From a virus (lineage: Duplodnaviria > Caudoviricetes), in IMG/VR virus record IMGVR_UViG_3300014204_000165, positions 1 through 64,000 of that record: a DNA stretch of 64,000 nucleotides; one strand, 5' to 3'. Below the pieces are notes generated by a model, which was given only the letters and a program-made list of their open reading frames with translations, did not search any database and was not told the DNA's origin. Shown here piece after piece: positions 48,950-59,191 of this stretch. Made by a program: the position numbers and the translations under genes. Position 1 is the stretch's first letter, and each line of letters opens with the position of its first letter.

Positions 48950-50257
48950 TTAAGCACCCACCAATTTGATTGTCATGCCTTGTCTCTTTGGGAAAGTTCG
49001 TTTTGTTAAAATATCAATATCCAAATCAACAGCAAACAACCTGGTTACAATGTCTGTCGCGTAGGTCTGAGTATTTTGGAACACAAGATTATTTTCCATG
49101 CGCAAGAACCTTCGCTTGGTACCTTTCAGAACAGAGTCTATTTGTAGTTCTTTATTAATATCCGATAAACTATTGTAAAAGTCCATTGAAAGTTGTCTGA
49201 TTATATTATGTTTTTTACTCAACACATCAAAAGTGGGTTGGTTAAAGACGGTTTTCTTGAATAAGCCATCACATAGGATGGACTTGTCTTTAGTAAGCCG
49301 CACTGAATTATACATGCCAAAATAAGCAAATCTTTGTATCATAATTGCTAGGTCAAAATCATATGGCAGTACCGTCTGGAGTACACTTATTAGGTCAAAA
49401 TCATAAGTCTTATCTATGTCCCACTGAGCAACAGCACAATAAGCATTATAAGGCAGGGTGATAGGCCCTTTCATATACAAATCCATATAATAATCAATAT
49501 AAGGCAGGAACATATTATAAGATATGCCAGAGGCCAACATTTGAGGAATAAGCATATCTAGGACAGTCTTCTTGGCAAAAGCAGATCGCATTGCACTGAC
49601 TGTGTCAAAAGTAATGTCAACACTAGCGGGGTATCTTGGCGTAACATTAGTCGAGGTTTCTCCAATTATACTATCTATAATGGTCTCACAATTAGCTTTG
49701 GTACCTGAAGATGTTAAAACTAGGGTTCTTGTTTTAAGTCTATCTCTATAATCCGTGTCACTTTCTTGATAAATTCTGGGCATGTCATATATTTGACCCC
49801 AAGCAATATCCAAGTAGGTCCCTTCAGCAGAGTCTATTTTTAGAGCTGTAGCCATTGTATCCATTTGGCGCCAAACAGAATCTAGGGCCTCTGCCCAAGA
49901 CCAAACCAACGCATTCAGGACACTCGTGGACGGCACCGTTAATTCATAAGAAGGTACTAATGTTAGGGACACTCCAAGGGCTCTTAGTGTATCCTTAAGG
50001 CCCGTGCTCAATTGATAGGTTTTATAATTATAAGTATTGGAGATAGCATAACCCATGTCCCAGGTCTTGTTCACACCCTTTAGAAGCAAGGTATCCGACT
50101 GTCTACTATGAGAATATCGAATTGCACCAGGCGGATCTTCAATTGGTTCCGATCCTACAAAAACAGTCCACTGATCCATGCTATAAGATATTGTATTGAC
50201 TGAGAAAGAGTCTCCAATTCCTGGAAGTTCGCCAAGGGGTGTTTCTCCTATAAGCAT
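48950..50257 (-). CDS. baseplate wedge protein I-like (P2 gpI/DUF2313-like) with a repetitive C-terminus
   Basis: IDSAEGTYLD.AWG...PRIYQESDTDYRDRLK...GTK..CE.II. Confidence 0.7.
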   Translation of the reverse strand: MLIGETPLGELPGIGDSFSVNTISYSMDQWTVFVGSEPIEDPPGAIRYSHSRQSDTLLLKGVNKTWDMGYAISNTYNYKTYQLSTGLKDTLRALGVSLTLVPSYELTVPSTSVLNALVWSWAEALDSVWRQMDTMATALKIDSAEGTYLDIAWGQIYDMPRIYQESDTDYRDRLKTRTLVLTSSGTKANCETIIDSIIGETSTNVTPRYPASVDITFDTVSAMRSAFAKKTVLDMLIPQMLASGISYNMFLPYIDYYMDLYMKGPITLPYNAYCAVAQWDIDKTYDFDLISVLQTVLPYDFDLAIMIQRFAYFGMYNSVRLTKDKSILCDGLFKKTVFNQPTFDVLSKKHNIIRQLSMDFYNSLSDINKELQIDSVLKGTKRRFLRMENNLVFQNTQTYATDIVTRLFAVDLDIDILTKRTFPKRQGMTIKLVGA

Positions 50258-50844
50258 GATGCCTCGATTGTATAACCATATGTTATAAAAATAGATTCAA
50301 ACCAATTCTGCCATAAGGACCTTTTATATGTAGTCTTACCATGGCATACATCACAAAGCGGAACCAAATTTATTATAGCAGAATTTTCTTTATTATAATC
50401 AATATGATGTACGTGCAACTTACGATCTAAATTATTTTCTTTTACACCACATAAAAAACATGTATTATAAAATATATTTCTTATATACATTTTATAATTA
50501 TTTGAAAAGTTTTTATAATTATTTTTCTTTTTAGACCTCCCATCGATCCATTGAGAATTTCTCTCATCGCTTTGACTTATAGACATTTTTTCTTTAGTTT
50601 TATTAGAATGATGCTTTCCTAGATGAGATATTGAAAGTTTTTGTATATATCTATCAGTCATTTTTACTATTTTTATGTCAAGTTTTTTGAATGCACGAAG
50701 AATGGTACTATGACTTACTCCAAATTCTGCCGCTATTTCGTCTATTGTAAATTTATCTATTTCATATAATTTTTGTAAATATTCTTTATGTTGAATACCA
50801 AATTGCATCTTGTTCACCTCAAAAAAAAGTTTATAAAGATTCAA
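50248..50844 (-). CDS. HNH homing endonuclease (HTH + NUMOD3 + HNH)
   Basis: IAAEFGVSHSTI, HLGKHHSNKTKEKMS, CFLCG...LHVHHIDYNK...LCDVCHGK. Confidence 0.85.
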   Translation of the reverse strand: MNLYKLFFEVNKMQFGIQHKEYLQKLYEIDKFTIDEIAAEFGVSHSTILRAFKKLDIKIVKMTDRYIQKLSISHLGKHHSNKTKEKMSISQSDERNSQWIDGRSKKKNNYKNFSNNYKMYIRNIFYNTCFLCGVKENNLDRKLHVHHIDYNKENSAIINLVPLCDVCHGKTTYKRSLWQNWFESIFITYGYTIEASCL

Positions 50845-51646
50845 CTACAACTTCATCCTGTTTAATGGTAAGTTTAAACTTACCTTCTACAAGAATAACA
50901 TAATCTGTATTCTCGATTACGTCATGTACACGATATAACAAATTCTTGCGATTGAGTCCATAAGGTATTTCACAATTTGGGCAGTTGATTTCTCCACGCT
51001 TACCTTTACCTGCTTTCTCATCCTTAACAGAGTTTCTATGAACTCTGCTTTGGTCAACTATTTTGACAACTTGGTTTGCGATTTCCCAGTCGTCGAGGGC
51101 TTTCCGGGCATTAACTTGCTTCTCGCGAATGCTATTCTTGTCTTGATCACTTGCTGTTACAAATTGTACTGCTAATTTTTGGGAATAAGATTCATACTCG
51201 ATTTCGCGACGCTCCTTTTCTAATAGGAGGTCTTTACTAGCATCCACGGGACACCTTCTACAAAACCAAATGTCTGTTGCCATGCATTGGGGACACTGCG
51301 AAAACTTAGTAGAATCTAAGTGCATCCAAGTATGTCCACAAACCGAGCACTCATAATGGGAATTAATTTCTATCTCATTGTCCCAGTAGGCTCTAACTTG
51401 GTCATCTGGCTGTAAGAAAAAAGTATATTTTGGAAGAGGTACTGAAATGGCTGGGATCTTGTTGGCGACAAGCTTGTCAGCAAGTTCATGACCAATCGGC
51501 GTTATAACAAGTTTATAGGGATTGGTATCCTGAGTATCCGTCCAAAATTGCTGAGTACCATCGTCTCGAAATTGTGGAATAAAGCGATCATTGCCTTGCG
51601 CATCCTTATAAACCTTTATCCACATTAACTCGATTATCGAGGACAT
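50831..51646 (-). CDS. Zn-finger + coiled-coil hypothetical protein
   Basis: CSVC, CPQC, CRRC, CPNC. Confidence 0.6.
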   Translation of the reverse strand: MSSIIELMWIKVYKDAQGNDRFIPQFRDDGTQQFWTDTQDTNPYKLVITPIGHELADKLVANKIPAISVPLPKYTFFLQPDDQVRAYWDNEIEINSHYECSVCGHTWMHLDSTKFSQCPQCMATDIWFCRRCPVDASKDLLLEKERREIEYESYSQKLAVQFVTASDQDKNSIREKQVNARKALDDWEIANQVVKIVDQSRVHRNSVKDEKAGKGKRGEINCPNCEIPYGLNRKNLLYRVHDVIENTDYVILVEGKFKLTIKQDEVVVESL

Positions 51647-52246
51647 TTACTCACCAGAACGAACAATCTTCACATATTCACTGGCTGTAACTTGCTTGTT
51701 TTCTTGTTTCTGTTCGTTCCAAATATCCTTTATACTGTATTGTAAATTTTTAATCGCCTTACTTACAGCATAATCATACATATATTGATTGGGCATGCGC
51801 AGAGCTTCGATCTTCTCCGTGGAAATTTCCCATGGCTTGTCGCTGTTGCTAAAGTGGTACCTGTAAAAGGTTATTAAGCCAGTCTCTGGTATGCAAAGTT
51901 CCTGACGATAGAATTTACAATTTCGGTATTCTTGTAGGACTTTAGGACCTGATTGTTCCTCAGACTTTACTTGCCGGATAAAAATATCAAATTGTACATT
52001 ATCCCGGTATAACTCATCCAGGATGTCCCGGCGAATATTTTCATTAAAGAAGACTGTACCAATTTCAAAGACTCCACAAAATTCTTTATTAAAGGAGTCT
52101 GTTAAGAAAAGCTTTAACGGGATAATATAACCAAGATCTTCCTCGGGAATATTAATTTTATTATTAGTTTCGTTTAAAAATTTCGGTACAACTTGGATAT
52201 TGATGCATCCTGGGGTCAGTGCTATAATATGGGTTCCTTGCTTCAT
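51647..52246 (-). CDS. hypothetical protein
   Basis: 199-aa ORF, SD GAGG. Confidence 0.55.
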   Translation of the reverse strand: MKQGTHIIALTPGCINIQVVPKFLNETNNKINIPEEDLGYIIPLKLFLTDSFNKEFCGVFEIGTVFFNENIRRDILDELYRDNVQFDIFIRQVKSEEQSGPKVLQEYRNCKFYRQELCIPETGLITFYRYHFSNSDKPWEISTEKIEALRMPNQYMYDYAVSKAIKNLQYSIKDIWNEQKQENKQVTASEYVKIVRSGE

Positions 52247-52345
52247 TTTGACTTGCCTCGTGGTTTGCTTTAAATTTGGTTTTATGTTTATTATAAAAAT
52301 AAAAAGAAAAGTTAAAAAATTGTTTAAAATTTTAACTTTTCCGTG

Positions 52346-52918
52346 CTAAATTTCATCGTAGCGCCAAGAAATTGTTTCATTTGCTTTGTCGCCCTGGGTT
52401 GCGTCAGTATCGATTATAACCTGAGTTACGACACACTTAGAACTTCCCGCAGTTGTATACGGTCCACTATCCACTAGGAGTGTGCTGCCTGCAACATAAG
52501 TATCGGCATTCGCGGGCACGGCATGATTGGAAGTGCCCGACTTGTAATAGGTATGCCCATTGGTTACGTCATCCATGTCGTAGCCAGATGTTCCCAGGAC
52601 ACCATCTGCTTGGTCATAGCTGCCAGTTGGCATGCCATTATCTCCAGTCGACTTGACGCCAACGAAGAGACCACCATCAGTGCCTAGCGCCCAGTTAGTT
52701 CGTACCGCTCCAGAAGTGTACCATCTAATGTTGCTGATCTGGGTAAAGTCACCAGAAAATGCAATATTATGGGTCTTCCAGTAGGAATAGTTTAAGCCAG
52801 TGGCAGGTACAACACAAGGATTACTCAATCCAGGGTTATAGCTGTCCATTGTGCAATATCGGCCCTGTGTAATGACTGTAGCGGTTGGGCCAGAACCATT
52901 CAGTTCCGTGACATTCAT
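52346..52918 (-). CDS. virion structural protein (beta-rich)
   Basis: Gly/Thr-rich, ends WRYDEI; located in the structural operon. Confidence 0.6.
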   Translation of the reverse strand: MNVTELNGSGPTATVITQGRYCTMDSYNPGLSNPCVVPATGLNYSYWKTHNIAFSGDFTQISNIRWYTSGAVRTNWALGTDGGLFVGVKSTGDNGMPTGSYDQADGVLGTSGYDMDDVTNGHTYYKSGTSNHAVPANADTYVAGSTLLVDSGPYTTAGSSKCVVTQVIIDTDATQGDKANETISWRYDEI

Positions 52919-53023
52919 CGTAGCGACAATAAAGATTCCTCATATTTTACTTTTGTAGTATTCATTTTTATTTTTTTCCTAATTTTGTTAAAAAATCATT
53001 ATAAATTTTTAATAACTTCTTCT

Positions 53024-53464
53024 TTACTTACTTAACTTCTTAAAAACATAATTGTAAAGCTGTTCCTGGGCGTTATCAAGGACCTCTTCGATATTCTCAT
53101 CGTAAGTGCTGCGAATAAAAGATCTGGGCGGAATAAACCAAGGGCCATGTTCCTTTTCAGACGTACCTTTCCTTGGCCTATTTTCCCAAATGACTCCGTA
53201 TTCGTTTGGCGCTGCTTTTTTGGCAATCTCTTCGTTAAGAACTCCAGATGTTATTGTTAAGCCTGTGGGACTTTGTTCCACTAGGTGGGTGATGCTTGAT
53301 AGAAGTTCTCCTGTGTCAATTAAGGTATGTGAAGATCCTTTCGCAGCGATAGTGCTTGGAGCATTCTCAGGTGGAACGTTAGACAAGATCTTTTCCCTGA
53401 TCTTGTTTTCAAAATCCATGCCAATACTTTCAGCGATATCTTCCAGGGTCATGATCATCCACAA
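53024..53464 (-). CDS. neck / virion morphogenesis protein (HK97 gp10-like)
   Basis: PPENAPSTIAAKGSSHTLIDTGELLSSI, IPPRSFIR. Confidence 0.75.
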   Translation of the reverse strand: MWMIMTLEDIAESIGMDFENKIREKILSNVPPENAPSTIAAKGSSHTLIDTGELLSSITHLVEQSPTGLTITSGVLNEEIAKKAAPNEYGVIWENRPRKGTSEKEHGPWFIPPRSFIRSTYDENIEEVLDNAQEQLYNYVFKKLSK

Positions 53465-54783
53465 ATTATGGTGGTTGTCCCGCCGATTGCCTTAACGTAG
53501 ACTGTCAAAGTACTTGACCAAGACGAAACTGCACCCAAGGAATCAGTTGCCTTTGCTCTCACAGAATAGGTTCCAGGTGTAGACCATGTGTGTGATAAAC
53601 CAGCAGATGTTCCAGAGGATACCCAGCCACTATCCGTTGTAGTAGTGTCTCCCCAATCAACGGTGTAATAGATATTGTCACTTTCTGGATCAGTTGTCGA
53701 TGTTGAATACGAATAGGAATTTAGTGGTCTTATATTGCTTGTCCCAGAGGGAGTCGATGGTACAGAAGGTGCTTGATCAACTGTATAAGAAACAATAACA
53801 GTTACTTGCGTGCAATATGTAATAAATCCACCAGATCTTGATCTTAATGTAACACCTGCTTCTAGTGCGTCAACTTCGGCTCTGGTCCATGCAACACCAG
53901 TAATTGGATTAATAGTCCAGACCTCGCCCCATGTTGTATAGGAATAACTCAGTGAAATATCTGGATTACCATTTAAGTCGCGTTCTATTCCGTACGCCAA
54001 GCCACCATTTGTATATACAGTCGCTTTTCCGAATCCAGAATTTGGTCCTGATGTCCAAGCGTTCCTGCCTCGGAATATCACAGCAACCGCATTAATTCTT
54101 AACACCGAACCAGATGAAAGGTTGCTAAGAGCATACGTATCCACTAAGGCAGATGTGCTTGATGTACTAACTGTTGTGCTATCTCCATCAGGCGAGTCAA
54201 TACTATCATCTACTTTGTCATAATGATTCGTAGAACTTGGTGTTTGCGATGTTATTTGTGTATATGATCCATTACCAGTTGGGTAAATAATTTCAGATGC
54301 TGCCCCAAATGGTGTATAAGTCACCGTTACGTACTGTTCTGTGCACCAAGTTTGATTTCCAAATTCTGCTTGAAGCTTTAATAAAAGCAAGCAACTTGCC
54401 AATTCAGGTATAGTCCAAGCAGCACCAGTTGCGGGATTTGTGTTCCAAGTATCAGTATATGTTTGCCAAGAAGATGAAGTGGCCGTATGCGAACTGATAT
54501 AATCAGTGATACCACTTGCACTAGGAATCCTAAGACCGTTCCAACAAACTCCTCCAGTAGCACCATAGGTAATTTGTGTAACGGATACTGATTGAATGGT
54601 ACCCAGTGCAAAAATTGGAAGCCAGTATACATCTAATCCGGAAACAGCAGCCCAACTACTCACTATTCTGTTGTTGGTTGTAAAACTATCATTAGACTGA
54701 AGATTTGCATAGTTAGTACCACCAGTTGGTGTAAGAACTTCAGTATTGATATTAGCTATTGGATGTAATACTATTGTGGCCAT
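53455..54783 (-). CDS. adhesin-like virion protein with duplicated beta domain and C-terminal PKD domain
   Basis: Two W.TNP.TG.AWT.AE repeats; YTVDWGD...HTWSTPGTYSVRAKATD PKD signature. Confidence 0.75.
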   Translation of the reverse strand: MATIVLHPIANINTEVLTPTGGTNYANLQSNDSFTTNNRIVSSWAAVSGLDVYWLPIFALGTIQSVSVTQITYGATGGVCWNGLRIPSASGITDYISSHTATSSSWQTYTDTWNTNPATGAAWTIPELASCLLLLKLQAEFGNQTWCTEQYVTVTYTPFGAASEIIYPTGNGSYTQITSQTPSSTNHYDKVDDSIDSPDGDSTTVSTSSTSALVDTYALSNLSSGSVLRINAVAVIFRGRNAWTSGPNSGFGKATVYTNGGLAYGIERDLNGNPDISLSYSYTTWGEVWTINPITGVAWTRAEVDALEAGVTLRSRSGGFITYCTQVTVIVSYTVDQAPSVPSTPSGTSNIRPLNSYSYSTSTTDPESDNIYYTVDWGDTTTTDSGWVSSGTSAGLSHTWSTPGTYSVRAKATDSLGAVSSWSSTLTVYVKAIGGTTTIICG

Positions 54784-54784
54784 T

Positions 54785-55780
54785 TTAAGTCGTCACGACC
54801 GTTAGGTTAATTGTGAGTCGTGTAATAGTTGTGCAAGAATCTACATTGAAGTATAAAGAATCACCAGATGTGATTGCAGTTGTCCAGCCCGTTAAGGTAC
54901 TATTTTGATACTTAATTGCAGAAGAAATTGTAGGGGTTGCACTTGCTGTTATACTGTTTCCATCTGCTGCGGGCAGGTTAGCATAAGCAGCTTTCCAGAT
55001 GTCTACGACGCATGAGCCAGTGGTATCCGCTATCAGGGTACACTTTGTGATAGTACAATTAAAATCAACAGGAACAATAGATTTAATTCCGGTTCCAATT
55101 GCGAAGCCGCCGCCATCGATTGTCGTAATGATTTGTTTGGTTTGTCCAGTAACTAATGCCGCACTTACTGCTGGTATCTGGGCACTTGCATTTAATTGAA
55201 TCAGGTTATTTGCACTAGTGCCCACTGCCAAGCCAGTCCCTAATGTCTTCGCAGTTGCAGACCACTGAGGGACATATCCCGAGGTTGTTGTACCTGTTGG
55301 AGCCTCAACACAATATGGCCCGTAGGACGCAATATCCAAAATCGCGGCATTCAAAATAGTTGTGGCATTTGCTTCTACGTAAACCAAGGCCAGAATAACA
55401 CCATTTGGAATACTGCTTCCAGGTGCCGGCGTTGCCATTTGTCTAAAGTCGGTCTTACTTGAGGGAGAAATAGCTGTAGGCGTACCAGCATAAATCGAGA
55501 TAGTTCCGGCTGTATTCACATAAATTACGTCAATTCTTGGATAAGTTGCATCTGCAGTTGCGACGGTTAAGGTACCGCCAGTTACAGTTTTTCTTTCCGT
55601 AGAATAGGCAACCTGCACATAACCACTGTCAACTACCACGGACATTCCAGGAGTTCCGGATTGATTACAATCGCAACCGCTGATGACAAAATATCCTTGG
55701 TCCGCCCTAGCAAAAGATGCAACATGTGCTGATGTGAATTGCTCGCCCTTGGCTGTGCTTATAACACCTACGTTTGCCAT
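54785..55780 (-). CDS. fiber-like virion protein
   Basis: PGMSVVVDSG, PRIDVIYV, GTSANNLIQLN, GWTTAITSGD.L.FNVDS. Confidence 0.65.
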   Translation of the reverse strand: MANVGVISTAKGEQFTSAHVASFARADQGYFVISGCDCNQSGTPGMSVVVDSGYVQVAYSTERKTVTGGTLTVATADATYPRIDVIYVNTAGTISIYAGTPTAISPSSKTDFRQMATPAPGSSIPNGVILALVYVEANATTILNAAILDIASYGPYCVEAPTGTTTSGYVPQWSATAKTLGTGLAVGTSANNLIQLNASAQIPAVSAALVTGQTKQIITTIDGGGFAIGTGIKSIVPVDFNCTITKCTLIADTTGSCVVDIWKAAYANLPAADGNSITASATPTISSAIKYQNSTLTGWTTAITSGDSLYFNVDSCTTITRLTINLTVVTT

Positions 55781-55814
55781 TTTCCTGAATACTCCTTGAA
55801 AAATTTAATAAAAT

Positions 55815-56393
55815 TTACAAATAGTTTACATCAAATTGCGCAGTGCAACCTTCTAATACGCAAGTCAAATCAGCATTGCCGTTATCTTTAACCTTGATCT
55901 TGACATAGTATTGTTCACCGGCAGTTGCATAAGCCTGCTCATCACTTGGTATCGTCACGACAAATGTATGATCATCCACGACAAGTCTTTCGGCTTTAGT
56001 ATCATATGCAGCGGCCCAATCTTCTGCTTCATCTCCTGCAAGAACAGATCCTACTGGTGCAGAGCCCTCTGTCGGAGTTGTAACTTTCAAAATGTTGATT
56101 TCAAAATCGTCATTGGTCGTATCCAGAGTTCCGCCCAAGGCTACGACAACAGTCACAGATTTTAGCTTGGCGCCCTTCAGAGCAGTTGTCCTACATGGGA
56201 ATATTATAGGCATCTGGTAATATTCCGTGGTGTTTGCAGGTGTCCTTGTTACCAAGAGGACATTTGAGCTCAGGCTTGCTGTCCATGTTCCTGTAGAATA
56301 TACAGCTGGTGCAAGTAGAACCTGTACCTGAAAATCTGTTTTTGCTACATCTGATGTTAGGCTTCCGCCATCCATTATTAGAGTTCCTGTCAA
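55815..56393 (-). CDS. virion structural protein
   Basis: Beta-rich, within the structural operon. Confidence 0.55.
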   Translation of the reverse strand: MTGTLIMDGGSLTSDVAKTDFQVQVLLAPAVYSTGTWTASLSSNVLLVTRTPANTTEYYQMPIIFPCRTTALKGAKLKSVTVVVALGGTLDTTNDDFEINILKVTTPTEGSAPVGSVLAGDEAEDWAAAYDTKAERLVVDDHTFVVTIPSDEQAYATAGEQYYVKIKVKDNGNADLTCVLEGCTAQFDVNYL

Positions 56394-56413
56394 GAATAAT
56401 CACCAAAGTTTGT

Positions 56414-56752
56414 TTATAATGATTTTAATGTAAAGTTACCTATGTTTGTTATAGTTCCAGTATTAATTATTGTACCTTGGTTATATTGGAAAAGAATATC
56501 ACCAGAATTTGTTATAGAACCAGCATTTGTGAGGTCGGTACTTGGTCCAATATAGCCCATCAGGGTCTCGCCAGCCTTAACAGTCCAAGACCTTCCAGCC
56601 CCTAAGTCCATATAAGATAAGGTTACTAATTCAGCACTGCGTCCTGAATTTAACTGAACGCTTTCACTTGGTTGAAAGCCCAAATCCAAATAGGTCTGGT
56701 ACTCGCTCAGGGAGAGTTGGCCATCCCGGAATAAATCAATAAGTCTTGTCAA
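56414..56752 (-). CDS. small virion-associated protein
   Basis: TTG start with SD AAGGTGA; C-terminal G-T/S-I-T-N repeats. Confidence 0.55.
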   Translation of the reverse strand: MTRLIDLFRDGQLSLSEYQTYLDLGFQPSESVQLNSGRSAELVTLSYMDLGAGRSWTVKAGETLMGYIGPSTDLTNAGSITNSGDILFQYNQGTIINTGTITNIGNFTLKSL

Positions 56753-56773
56753 AGAAAGTCACCTTGGAAAACT

Positions 56774-56811
56774 TTAATCATATTGGAAGGCAAAAGAACG
56801 TGTTTTACGAT
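56774..56811. repeat. bipartite repeat copy 2
   Basis: TTAATCATATTGGAAGG-N11-GTTTTACGAT. Confidence 0.9.
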
Positions 56812-56850
56812 GCAAAAAGTATAAATAGGTATAGCAAAATATTGTCTTGT

Positions 56851-58164
56851 ATGAAAGAGTTAAAATTGAATCCAGATGGCGTTCTCAACATATTGGACCC
56901 TAGAAAAACCTATGTTCTGGAAGTGAATTGGACATATGAGGAACCAGAGTATCACGGCAAAAAGTATTATCTTCCTGTGGAAAGTCGGGGCGGCTTAGAA
57001 TTTCGGCGTATTGGTGCCACGTCAAATTTTATATGGGTACTTGGTAAATACATTCAATACTTAGTAGAAGCCGTATTAAAATATCTACAAAATTGCCAAG
57101 ATCCGCATTGGTCTGAGTATCATGTATATGAGTTTAACTCCCTTGAAGAATTTAATAATTGGAGAGAAAATCAATGAGAAAAATAGAACTTAATCCTGAT
57201 GGCACTCTGAATATTTTGGATCCTCATAAAGTTTATGTCCTGCGAGTTGACTGGGGAAATGCTAGTTATGGTATAGAAGGAATTAAATATTATTTCCCTA
57301 AAAAGAAATCAACCAACTATTGGATATTTGAAAGAGAAGGTGGACATACTTTCAGAAGTTTTCAAGTAAAAGACCTACAATACGTAATTGAGCAGTGTTT
57401 GATATTCTTGAAAAGAGATTACCAAGAAACTGCTTTTTTTATTGCAGAGTTCAAGGATATGTCTGAATTCGAAACCTGGAAGGCATCTCAATGAAAGAAA
57501 TCACCCTAAATCCTGATGGTACCCTAAACATAATCGATCCTAGAAAAATATATTGTCTAATAATTAATTGGGATCAGGTACCAGAAGAAACATGGATGAG
57601 AGGAATAAAATATTACCTTCCAAAAGAATTATCACTAGGCTTATGGAGATACGAACGTCAAAATGGCGGAACTTATGGCTATTTCGGAGAATATAATGAA
57701 AAGCACCTGCAATATGTTGTAGAAGGTTGCCTAAAGAAATGCAAAAGACCAAGATTCATTAATGCAAGTCAGCTGTTGGAATTTAACGATCAAGAAGAAT
57801 ATAACCAATGGAGAGATACACTATGAAAGAAATCAAACTTAACCAAGATGGTATCTTGAATATCCTTAATTTAGATAAACTTTACGTAATGAGATTCAAT
57901 TGGATCCTAGTAGGCGAACCCGAACTAGGAATAAAATATTATATAGCAACAAAAATACGTAATAAACTCTGGTCGTTTAGAAGAGACAGAGACAAGTGGT
58001 TTAATAGTGAACTTGATTCTGACTGTTTACAATATTGTATTGATAATATGATACGGCATAATAATAAATATCATTACACAAGATTTAATATATTTGAATT
58101 TAAAGACCACCGAGAATTCACTGAATATCTGGAACAGGAAAATAATATTCAACATCCATTGTGA
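56851..58164 (+). CDS. four tandem LNPDG-family paralogs (56851-57177, 57174-57494, 57491-57826, 57823-58164)
   Basis: MKE(L/I)xLN(P/Q)DG(V/T/I)LNIxDP; G.KYY; LQY..E; EF...EF..W; linked by ATGA overlaps. Confidence 0.85.
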
Positions 58165-58576
58165 TGGTACCCACCCAATGGGCTTGCTCAGTGGATTCTA
58201 TTTTAGTACTTATTTTGTTTATATAAATTTTATAATCTTCTGTGACCTTCTTTCGATGGAGTGAAAACAAATTTGCAATAGTGTCCACAACTTTTCGACA
58301 ATGATTATCGTTTTCTCCTAAGCCACAGACCACATTTATGACTATGTTAATGTCAAGCTTGTCAAAATCTCGGACTTGGGTAAAGAAGCAGCCATCTCCA
58401 CTATCACTAGTGTAAAGAATACCAACTCTTGTATAGTGAGGTGCAACTAGTGTAACTGGGGTTCTGAGCAGCCCTGTATAGAATTGATTGTCACAGAGGG
58501 TAACGAGTTCACTGTCTTGGTGTAATTCATCTAAAATAAATTGTATAGTGGGCTCAATTTGAGAAGTCAAAATCAT
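58118..58576 (-). CDS. tail terminator-like protein
   Basis: Neck module position; PHYTRVGILY, GTITMDV.Y. Confidence 0.5.
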   Translation of the reverse strand: MILTSQIEPTIQFILDELHQDSELVTLCDNQFYTGLLRTPVTLVAPHYTRVGILYTSDSGDGCFFTQVRDFDKLDINIVINVVCGLGENDNHCRKVVDTIANLFSLHRKKVTEDYKIYINKISTKIESTEQAHWVGTITMDVEYYFPVPDIQ

Positions 58577-59190
58577 TCACCAACATACTTAGCAACCGCA
58601 CGAAACGCAAATTCCTGTGGAACGTATGAAGGCGGCGCTGATATATTCTCAAAATCACTTACTGGAACGAACACCTGATCTGGATAATTTGGACTAATCG
58701 TAAATGTCATATCTCGACTAACTGGGGCAGCTCGCTCCACTCGGCAATAATGAATAATCTTGCTTCCCAAGCCTAGTTCATTGGCTTGGATTTGGGCGCT
58801 CATTCCACCCATCTGACCAAATTCCGCGCCATACGGACCAAAAGTTTGTTTCCAGACTAGGGGCATTCCAACAGAGTCCACGGCCTGTACCTGTAAAGTG
58901 GTCCCTGCTACAAAATAATTAGAAGTCAGTGTCGAAATTGTATCAAAAGTGTTAAGAGAATACTGGGTACCTGCTTCACCAAATGAAATACGCTCTGTAA
59001 CAGATACACCATCCAATAAGCCAGTAACCTTTACCCGACAAATTCCTGACGAGGTTAGTGCTAATTTGAAATCCTCGGTTGGATAAGATAGGCCTGTCAT
59101 TGTTGAGGCTATTGGACCATTAAAGATGTCACTGATGTTTTTGTAAAGGGTCAACCGATGTGTATAACGGACGCGTTTAGGATAAGGCAA
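58573..59190 (-). CDS. head closure / head-tail adaptor-like protein
   Basis: Neck module position; beta-rich. Confidence 0.45.
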   Translation of the reverse strand: MPYPKRVRYTHRLTLYKNISDIFNGPIASTMTGLSYPTEDFKLALTSSGICRVKVTGLLDGVSVTERISFGEAGTQYSLNTFDTISTLTSNYFVAGTTLQVQAVDSVGMPLVWKQTFGPYGAEFGQMGGMSAQIQANELGLGSKIIHYCRVERAAPVSRDMTFTISPNYPDQVFVPVSDFENISAPPSYVPQEFAFRAVAKYVGE

Positions 59191-59191
59191 A

